Below are positions 50,942-60,747 of a stretch of DNA of 64,000 nt, piece after piece. The stretch lies in NCBI GenBank assembly GCA_030390025.1, contig CM059432.1, positions 108,068,001 through 108,132,000 on the forward strand. Reading direction: 5' to 3'. The position numbers and the translations under genes were made by a program. Position 1 is the first letter of the stretch; each line of letters opens with the position of its first letter. Origin of the DNA: Squalus acanthias (Eukaryota). The notes beneath the pieces were generated by a model. That model did not search any database and was not told the origin of the DNA. It worked only from the letters and a program-made list of their open reading frames with translations.

Positions 50942-52099
50942 TATGTCTTCGGTCCCTGCCAGAAACTCCATTTCCTAGCCATTGACTCCATCCCTCTCCC
51001 TGGCCACTGTCTGAGGCTGAACCAGACCATGGTGATCTATTTGACTCTGAGCTGAGCTTCCGACCCCATATCCTCTCCATCACCAAGACCGCCTACTTTC
51101 ACCTCTGTAACATCGCCTGGCTCCGCCCCTGCCTCAGCTCATCTACTTCTGAAACTCTCATCTATGCCTTTGTTACCTCTAGACTCGACTATTCCAATGC
51201 TCTCCTGGCCAACCTCCCACTTTGCACCCTCCATAAACTTGAGTTCATCCAAACCTCTGCTGCCCGTATCCTAACTCGCACCAAGTCCCGTTCATCCATG
51301 TGCTCGCTGGCCTACATCGGCTCCCGGTCCGGCAACACTTCAATTTTAAAATTCTCATCCTTGTTTTCAAATCCTTCCATGGCCTCGCCCCTCCCTATCT
51401 CTGTAATCTCCTCCAGTCCTACTACCTTCCGAGATCTCTGCACTCCTCCAATTCTGGCCTCTTGTGCATCCCAGATTTTCATTGCTCCACCATTGGTGTC
51501 CGTGCCTTCAGATGCCTAGGCCCTAAGCTCTGGAATTCCCTCCCTATACCTCTCTGCCTCTCTACCTTTCTCTCTTCTTTTAAAGCGCATCTTATAACTT
51601 TCCTCTTTGACCAAGCTTTCGGTCACCTGTCCTAATATCTCCTTATGTCGCTCAGTGTCAAATTTTGTTTGATAATCGCTCTGTGAAGTGCCTTGGGGCA
51701 TTTTACTACGTTAAAGGTGCTATATAAATACAAGTAGTTGTTGTTGCTTCCCATACGTCAGGAAATGGTGCAGGGTGTGGAAACCTTCAAAGGAAAGTAG
51801 ATTATAAAATAGAGGAGGGGGAGAACATCAGACATTTTCTTAATGAAACCAGTTAATATAGGGACATCGGTAGAATGATTGGTTCCTGCGCTAACTATGG
51901 CTGTGTCTGTACAGATAATCACCAGCTTTGTTACTACTCACCCTCTCAACATCAAGTTTACATCAGGAACCAGAGAGCACTATTTCATACTAGACCACAT
52001 ACCAACTTCATGTTTTTGCTGGAGAATGAAACAATGATGTCTAGTTCTCTGGCCTGAATGACAGAACATGCTACTGGGCCAACATTCCTCCCTCAACCA

Positions 52100-52290
52100 A
52101 CACCCCCAAAAAACATCACATTAACCGCCCATTCATTTCATTGTGGCAACTTGTTGTTTACTAAAATGGCTGCCGTGTTAGTCTCTGTCACAACAGTGAC
52201 TATACTTCAAAAGTAATTCATTGGCTGAGAAGTGCTTTGGGGAGTCCTCAAGATGTGAGAAGGTGCTATATAAATGCAAGATCTTTCTTT
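52100..52290 (+). mobile_element. SacSINE1-like 3' fragment abutting the AMPH exon 2 donor
   Basis: CAACAGTGACTATACTTCAAAAGTAATTCATTGGCTG...GCTATATAAATGCAAGATCTTTCTTT. Confidence 0.75.
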
Positions 52291-52296
52291 ACTTAC

Positions 52297-52377
52297 CTCC
52301 TGCTTTTTGAAGTTCTGTATAAATCCTTCAAACTGCTCATCTCTTGTTTCATCTGCTTTACCAAGCTTCTGAAGCAC
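52297..52377 (-). CDS. AMPH: Amphiphysin coding exon 2 ([27 protein letters not shown])
   Basis: 81-bp exon, ttgcAG acceptor and GTAAGT donor. Peptide closely matches the amphiphysin N-BAR start ([27 protein letters not shown] as I recall it). Confidence 0.93.
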
Positions 52378-52627
52378 CTGCAAATTGAAAAACAAAAAAC
52401 AATTATGATGTTACTTAACATTGGATCATACTTAAAAGGTGCTGGAGTTAAGAAGATATTCATAGTGATGCTTGAATATTACTTCAGTCTGGAGGCAACT
52501 GGTAATATTTAACCTTGAATGATTTCTAACATCTCCATTTACAGGTGAGAACTGAAATAACCTGGCTTAAGTAAATTGTTTTCAGTATACATTGTATTCC
52601 AATGCCAGTGGTCTCAGCTCTATCACA

Positions 52628-53030
52628 GGATCATAGAATCCAACAGCACTGAAGGAGGCCATTCGGCCCATCGGGCCTGTGCCGGCTCTTTGAACGAGCT
52701 ATCCAATTAGTCCCACTTCCTGCACTTTCCCCATATCCCTGCATTTGTTTTCCTTTTCATGTATATATTCAATTCCCTTTTGAAAGTTACTATTGAAGCT
52801 GCTTCCACCACCCTTTCAGGCAGTGCATTCTAGATTATAACAACTCGCTGGTAAAAAAAATTCTCCTCACCTCACCTCCCCTCTGGTTCTTTTGCCAATT
52901 ATCTTAAATCTGTGTCCTCTGGTTACCAAATCTTCTGCCAATGGGAACAGTTTCTCCCTACCTAGTCTATCAAAACCCTGCATAATTTTGAATATCTCTA
53001 TTAAATCTCCCCTGAACCTCCTCTGCTTTA
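52628..53030 (-). mobile_element. CR1 LINE 3' fragment
   Basis: Reverse-complement similarity to the 23723 family. Confidence 0.82.
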
Positions 53031-53387
53031 AGGCAAAGCCTATTTATGTCATCCACAAGATGACTCGTAATTCCAAGTTCAAAAACAAGTATGAACGAGG
53101 AAGGAATAATCTCTGTTAATCTACGGATTTTCACTGCCATATTCCTGCCTTTATTCTGAACTGACAAGTGGACCATAGGAATGGCATGAGCACCTCTCAG
53201 AAAGTTTGAGGGCATTTTATTTTCAGCTATTTAGTAATTGCCAGCAATCCTGTGGTCTACAAGTGGACCTAGAATGTCGAGCAGCTGAAATTCTGGCAAA
53301 CAGCCTGTGACATTTTCTGCTCCATGAACTCAGATGTTGCTTAAGCCAAACAAGTAAAAAAGAGTGCCCAGCAAAAGAATCAAAGCA

Positions 53388-53600
53388 ATAGAGAATGAGA
53401 GAGAATCAGAGAGAATCATTGAGAGAATCAGAGAGAGAGAGAATCAGAGAGAGAATCAGAGAGAGAGAGAATCAGAGAGAGAATCAGAGAGAATCATTGA
53501 GAGAATCAGAGAGAGAGAGAGACTCAGAGAGAGAGAATCAGAGAGAGAATCAGAGAGAATCATTGAGAGAATCAGAGGGAGAGAGAATCAGAGAGAGAGA
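53388..53600. repeat. (GAGAGAATCA)n-type microsatellite, left half
   Basis: Direct reading; same motif resumes at 62934. Confidence 0.93.
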
Positions 53601-53684
53601 GTCATTGGGAAAATGTTAGAATTCATTATTAAGGAAGTAATAGTAGGACATTTAGAAAATCATAATGCAATCAAGCAGAGTCAA

Positions 53685-55051
53685 TGTAGGGGGTGGTGTT
53701 TTTGTGTCAGCTTTGCCTGACTTCTGAGCGGTTCGAATCGCTTCCACTCCCTTGGTTCTAGACCTTGGACTTATTTGGGGGTTGTGATACAAAAGGTGCA
53801 GCAGACAACTGAGTTTGATGAAAGAACTTCGATCTTTATTCAAGAAAGTAAAACATAACACAAACACTCTTAACACTCTAAAGGTGGGGAACACTTTGGT
53901 ACAAGCGAGGGAAATAACATTAGGAGAATACTTCACCCCTCCCAATCCCACTTCACTAGCTAGGTTGGACTCTGGAGAACCAGGGATAATGCTCACCAAA
54001 CGAATCTTGACAGTTGAGAGTTAGGGTTTAGAGTCTTTTGAGTAAAAAGTTTCGTAAGGCCCTCGTTGCCGCGAGGTGTCCGATGGTCACTGAGGCGGTC
54101 GCTCTGGTCTCTTCTTGCATGTTGGCCTACTTCTAGAGCTGTTGAACTCTTTGTTGAACTGTTTCTGTTGAACTCTGCCTCTGTTTAAACTGTCTTCTTC
54201 CGAGCTGTGGAACTGCCTTCTTGCAGAACTGTAACTGTCTTCTGCCTGCTTGTTGAACTTGAACTGTTTGACTGGAGAACTGGAGAACTCCCTTCTTACT
54301 GAACTGTCTTCTTTAACTGCCCAACTTGCTTCTCCTGAACTCTGTAATTCCAGCACTGACTTCTGCTGAAAACAGGCTTTCAAATTGAACTCCAAAACTG
54401 CAGAACTGCCTTCTGTTGAACTTGAACTGTTGTAACTGCTTTCTGCTTGATGGGCCTTAAATTATACTAAATTGAAGTGGCCTTATCAAAACCAAATCAA
54501 ATCCCGGTCATTTGTAAGACCTCGTTAACAGTAACAACTTTACTAGCGTGTTAACTGGTTTTGTAAATGTGTGAAGTAGTTTCAGGATAGCTCCATCCTG
54601 TCGTTCTGTTGTTTAATCGGAGTTTGGATTGTCCTCATGTTTTGGGTTTCTTGACTGGGCCTCGGACTTCTGTAGGATATTTGCTTTATGCATGTCTTTA
54701 ATGGGTTCTGTAAACGGTTTGATGGGACCTGTTGTTTTGGGTGGGACTGTCTCCTCCTAGGGTCTATTGTCAAAATGTTAATGCTTGCTTGGGCTTGAGT
54801 GAGGTCATCCCGATTCCCCAGACAATGCAATTAACTGCAATACCCAAAACTGCTTTTGCAGAGGTTGACCTCACCTTCTTTCACAGCCTTTTCTCCCTTT
54901 ACAGGCCCAGACATGTTTTTAAAATGCCAAAACTTGGGTTTTGGTCTTATATTCCTTAGGTTAGGCCCAAATGCATTTTTATCACTCTGAAGTAGTTCCA
55001 AAGTCCTTTTTCCTTAGGTTTTGGGTATCTGCAAATTTTGGAAACCTTACA
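53685..55051 (-). mobile_element. Solo LTR, 1367 bp
   Basis: TG...CA ends with TGTAGGG/CCTTACA inverted termini, TCAA 4-bp TSD, minus-strand TATA-like (54457-54468) and AATAAA (53835-53840). Confidence 0.85.
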
Positions 55052-55333
55052 TCAACGTGATTTTATGAAAGGGAAATCGTGTTTGACAAATTTATTAGAG
55101 TTCTTTGAGGATGTAACAAGCAGGGTGGATAAAGGGGAACCAGTAGATGTAGTGTATTTGGATTTCCAAAAGGCTTCGATAAGGTGCCACATGAAAGGTT
55201 ACTGCACAAGATAAGAGCTCATGGTGTTGGGGGTAATATATTAGCATGGATAGAGGATTGGCTAACTAACAGAAAACAGAGAGTCGGGATAAATAGGTCA
55301 TTTTCAGGTTGGCAAACTGTAACTAGTGGGGTG

Positions 55334-58300
55334 GAGGTGGAAGTGGGGGACGGACAGACGGGCGAGGCAGACCCAGCTGGTGACAGAATAGTTTTGCCTC
55401 TCTCTCATTTACACTGCTTGAGTGACTGAAATGGCTGCTGGTGTACATTATTAGAATGCCACTTGAGCATCTGCACTATTGCATGTGCATGCCACACTTG
55501 CATCAAGTGTCTAACCCATGCCTTTACTCCCCACAGGACCGTCCACAGAGGCCCCCCCCACTGTCGATGAGGAAGAGGCTGAGCCGCAAGACTCAGGGGA
55601 ACCTGCAACCTCTGAGGACGCAGCGTCAGCAGATGTAAGCGCACCCAGCACCAGCGCAGATACACACACCTCGGTGGGACCTTCGGGACATAGAGTAGTG
55701 TTGTCGCCGTGTGTATCACAGCTCACAGGTGAGCATCAACGGGTGGTGGAGACAGGGACAGCAGTGGAGAGTCCTCATCGGAGGTTGCAGGACTCTCCTA
55801 GCATTGCTCTGCTGCATGTGGACCCTGTGCCTCTGGGTCCATCCAGAAGGAGAGCGGTGCTGGAACTCCAAGAACAGGTGCAGGAGTCTCTGACAGGTTT
55901 TGTCTCCAGGGTCACTGCGAGTGTGGAGAGGATGGAGGAGTCCAACTCTAACATGAGCAGTGCCTTTGTGGAGGCAATGGCGCATGAACGCACCACCACA
56001 GAAAGGATGGCAACCTCCATGGAAAGGATGGCTACCTTCCTGGTAACGATGGCTACCTCTCTGGAAAGGGTGTCTACCTCTCTGGAAAGGGTGTCTACGG
56101 TAGAGGAGAGGATGGCTACGGCCATGGAGGACCTAAGTCGCCAGAGTCTGGAAAACATGGTGAATGTTCAGAATAGACTGACATATCTGGAGGAGCGATG
56201 GGCAGCTATTGAGCAGAGAAACCAGAGCTTCATGGAAGTCCTTTTGAGGAGGACTGCCAGTGCAGAAACGGGTCCCCATGGCCCCCCTAATGTGCAACAA
56301 GGTGCTCTCAAGCCACTTGCAAGCGCTGAGGTAGACCTGACCCATGAGAGGGAAGATGGTGGCAGAGAACAAGGAAGTGGGGCTCCTCTCCAAGCGCTCA
56401 CACTTCCATGCCACTGCGTAGCCCTCGGTCAGAGCCCCACCAGAGTCCGCCCCCAACTGAGATGGGCGTCTCAGCCCCTGCACTGCCGCAGGATGAGCAG
56501 ACTATTGACGGGCCCTCACAGGCTCGGAAGCCCAGAGGATGCCCGCCAAAGGCGTCGAAGCAGGAGCAGCATGAAAGTGAGCAAGGGGCCTCCACTTCTG
56601 CTGAAGCCACAGGGGGAGCACCATGTAGGGGCACGTGTAAGAGAAAAATAAAGCACCATTAGTCACAGAGGTAGGCACTTGGGTGATTGTTTCTGTTTAT
56701 TGATGCTTCTATTCTTAAGGCTAAAGGGATCAAGGGATATGGGGAGAAAGCAGGGACAGGGTACTGAATTTCGATGATCAGCCATGATCTCATTAAATGG
56801 CGGAGCAGGCTCGAGGGGCCAAATGGCCTACTCCTGCTCCTATCTTCTATGAAATGCCGTCCCTGTGTGAATGTATTAAAATGAGGTGATGGCAAACTGG
56901 TGGTGTGATGGCATCTGTTGTTTCGGCTTCGGCAGCTCCACATTGCGGGCTCCGCGACATTTGCGTCATCAGGTTGGTGGTCAGAGTGAAAGGAGGCCAG
57001 AGAGTCATGTCCATTGTCTATCATGTGTTAAGAAGGAGCCAAGCACATGTGCCACAATGGGCAACCTATGCAAATCTGGCCAGGATGAGTGCATCCCTTG
57101 CATCACGGGCAGCCATGTGCTCACGTGCTGCCGCTGCTGCTGGTAAATGCGCCGCCGCTCGGTCCTCCTCCTCCTCCTCCTCCTCATCCTCATCTGAGGA
57201 GGCTATATACTGAGCCACTTGCTCATCAGGAAGCTGCAAGCCACGATGCTGTGCCATGTTGTGAAGTGCACAGCAGACCACAACCATTCTGGAGACCCTG
57301 GCTGCTGAATACTGCAGGGCTCCACCTGATCTGTCAAGGCATCAGAATCGCATCTTCAGTAAGCCAATGGTTTGTTCAATGATGGACCTTATCAAAATGT
57401 GGCTGGCGTTGTAGCGCTCTTCAGCATCGTTAGCTGGCCTCCTGATCGGCGTCATTAGCCACTTCTTCAGGGGGTAGCCCTTGTCACCAAGCAGCCATCC
57501 GTTAAGTTGGTTTGGCTGATTGTAGAGCGGAGGAACACTAGAGTGCCGCAGGATGAAAGAGTCATGGCAACTACCACAGAACTTGACGCAAACATGCAAA
57601 ATCTCCTTCTTGTGGTTACACACCAGCTGTACGTTGAGGGAGTGGAAGCCCTTGCGGTTGACAAAGATAGCTGGGTTGTGATGGGGTGCAGTCTATGACG
57701 CCCTGCACCATTGGCAAGCCTGCCATATTTGCAAAGCCAACCAAACGCGCGGTCACACTTGCTTGATCCCTTGAGAAGTGGATGTAATTGTGGGCCTTTG
57801 CGAAAAGGGCATCGGTAACCTGCGTGATGCAACTGTGGGCGGCTGACTGGGAGATGCTGCTGATGTCTGCTGATGATCCCTGGAAGAAACCTGAGGCAAA
57901 ATTTGAGTGCAGTGCTGACTTTGACAGCCACTGGTAAGGGTTGTCCACCCGCTTCTCTGGGCTCCAGGTGTTGGTGCAGCAGTGCGCAGATGTCTCCAAC
58001 AACCTCTCGCGAAACTCTCAGCCTCCTTTGGCACTGCTGCTCACTCATGTTGAGGTAGCTCATCCTCTGTCTGTAAATCCTGCGGCGACGTGCTGCCATG
58101 CGCTGGCACCTTCTGCCCTGTGCGCCATCAGGTGGGTGAGCAGGCGGTTGGCGCTCCTGCTGCTGTTGCTGCTGAGCTGCCTGGTTCTGCTGCTGCCATG
58201 GCTGCTCCTCATCCAAATCTGAGGTCTATGATGAAAGGAAATAAATGGTTCCCATGCTTCTGGCAGATACCTCCGTTGGGGAAGCGCTCAGTCCAAGCAT

Positions 58301-58781
58301 GGAGAGGGTTTTCCAAGGAGGTCCCACAGTTGAGAGATAGAAGCTGCAGCACCTCCGACTTCGGTAGGCCTGCTAAAAGTGCTGAAAGACCTGTGGAACA
58401 AAAGTTCTGCCACCTGCAACTGATCCTTGTTGAAAGCTCTGTTTTAATGGTGGAGCTGCAGCTGTGAGGAGGCCACCCATTTGTCAACCCACCAGGATTA
58501 GCTGGCGTGGTTTAGGAGGGTCGTGCAACACGCGCAAAATGTGGCAAAATAACAAAGGCCTGTTAAAATAGGATTATAGAGGACCTTAACCACTATTTAA
58601 GGGTCTTAACTACCTCTCCCGACTGATGGAGGTGGGACCGAATCGCACCCATAGAACCCGCCTCCAGCAAAATTGTGCGGAGGCGGGTTGGATGCAGGTT
58701 CCGAACCCGCGCTCAATTTTTGCCATGTCCCAACAGTCCCGCCTCCAAACCCGCCTCCTCGGGGCTGGGAAAATTGCGGCC
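55334..58781. mobile_element. PIF/Harbinger copy 2, left end deleted
   Basis: Myb gene exons 2-3 (+, to 56662), transposase (-, ~57066-58250), right TIR AAAATTGCGGCC; colinear with copy 1. CR1 tail inserted at ~56708-56850. Confidence 0.9.
57066..58250 (-). pseudogene. Harbinger DDE transposase (copy 2), frameshifted
   Basis: [43 protein letters not shown]. Confidence 0.88.
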
Positions 58782-58784
58782 ATA

Positions 58785-60139
58785 GAGATTTCTTTAGCTT
58801 GCAAGTATTTAGAGCCAACTCTATATCCAGTGGCACCCCATTGGAACAACCTCTCTCAGCCTTGACAGATTGTTACTGTCATCTCAACTGCAGCTGCCAT
58901 CTATTCCAGCATCATCAGTGCCCTTGAAAAAATCGCACCTTGGTCCTTTGAATCCCTCCACGATCAGCCCCAACACCAACATCACCAGGCACACCAACAT
59001 CACCAACAACATCACCAACCTTCTCCGCCATCACCTGATGCTGCACAGGACACAGGGCATCAGCCCCTGACAACACTGTTGCCCGGGAGGCCAGCGATGG
59101 CATCACCATGGCCAAATTTACTTCACTTGACACTGTAAACCCTGGCTGCCACATAATGTGCCAGGTTGACACCACCCCACACCAGCATCATAAAGCATCC
59201 CTATAATGTCCAAGCCATTCCTTTAACACTCATCACAATATCGGGGGAGGGGGGTGTTATGTCTTAACATTCACTGGAACTCACTAAGACACTTCTCAAG
59301 GTGCGCACAGATCTGTCCAATAAGGTAAAGTGTTGAAAATATAGATTTCAATGTATGACAACACATTAACAGAAACTTCACATGAACATTGGCTAAACCT
59401 CTCAAGTGCCTACCCTTGTGTGTTGTTAGTTGGTATGCTTGCAGTAGGCTGAGGGTGAGTGTGAGGGGTGGCTAGTGAGATGGGGAAGTGATAATGTAGA
59501 TAGAGAGGGATGGGTGGAGGTGCAAGGTAAGTTGGTGTGAGTAAGGATGTGCAGGAGTAGGGTAGGGAAGGCAGAGTGATGGAGATGTGATGAGTGGCAC
59601 AGCAGGGTGAGTTTGAGTGTGGCTTGGCAGTAACATTTTGTGATCTACTGAAATCATTGAAAGGTTGGCAGCCAGGGACTCCTGACGACATCCCTGCTTT
59701 TGTCCTCCTGAGCAATGTACAACCAGACTGCGTTGATCTCCTGGGGAGGTCTCCTCCACCCATGGGAAGGGAAGAGAATCTCCCTGTGTGCTGTGACTCC
59801 CTCCATAAGCATATGGAGGGAGTCATGCGTGAGCCTTTGTGCACCTTTGTGCAGTATTCGTCAGTGTTTGCTGCACCTCAATGCTGCAGAACACTGACAG
59901 CACAACTGTCAAAATCAATGTTGCTGTGGTCCCTTTAAGGAAACCGGCTGATGACGCGTCATCAAATGACATCATCAGATCCGCTTCCTGTTAATTGGCT
60001 AGGAACCCCGCAGGGCGGGCTTAACAAGGCCAATCTATGGAAAATAATTTTCAGAGAGCGGCTGCAGACGAGAGCGGGACTGAAACTCGCCAACCAGCTC
60101 TCCCGCCGCCATCCCGCCTCCACAGAGAAAATCCAGCCC
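58785..60139. mobile_element. Deleted Harbinger derivative (GGGCTGGATTTT family), opposite orientation to copy 2
   Basis: Right TIR AAAATCCAGCCC; Myb exon 1 remnant on minus (DSLHMLMEGV...WLYIAQE); Q/H-rich transposase N-terminal remnant on plus at ~58960-59070. Confidence 0.8.
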
Positions 60140-60747
60140 AAAGAGTCTGCAAAGGGATATAGACAGGTTAAGTGAGTGGGCAAAATTTTGGCAGATGGAG
60201 TATAATGTGGGAAAATGTGAGGTTATCCACTTTGGTAGAAAGAATAGAAAAGCATAATATTATTTAAATGGAAAGGGACTATAGAATGCTGCGATACAGA
60301 GGGATCTGGGTGTCCTCGTACATGAAACACAAAAAGTTAGCATGCAGGTACAGCAAGTAATTAGGAAGGCAAATGGAATGTTGGCCTTTATTGCAAGGGG
60401 GATGGAGTATAAAAGTAGGGAAGTCCTGCTCCAACTGTACAGGGCGTTGGTGAGACCACACCTAGAATACTGCGTACAGTTTTGGTCTCCTTATTTAAGG
60501 AAGGATATACTTGCATTGGAGGCAGTTCAGAGAAGGTTCACTAGGTTGATTCCGGAGATGAAGGGGTTGTCTTATGAAGAAAGGTTGAGCAGGTTGGGCC
60601 TATACTCATTGGAGTTTAGAAGAATGAGAGGGGATCTCATTGAAACATTTAAGATTCTGAGGGGGATTGACAGGGTAGATGCAGAGAGGATGTCTCCCCT
60701 TGTGGGGGAATCTAGAACTAGGCGGCATAGTTTCAGAATAAGGGGTC

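Larger units (their letters stand above)
46520..51745 (+). mobile_element. Decayed L2 LINE (46520-47461 and 50945-51745) split by a CR1 and a MITE
   Basis: QSGFRSCYSTESALIKV, HADDTQLY, FKILILVFKS peptides; TATATAAATACAAGTAGTTGTTG tail. Confidence 0.88.

Noticed and set aside
1437..52377. BIN1 or BIN2 instead of AMPH
   Set aside because: Residues such as NFKKQEAEG, LQRELRGYL, KLTESLHEVYEP, KRSRKL and FHKEIAV fit amphiphysin better. A phylogeny would be the formal test.
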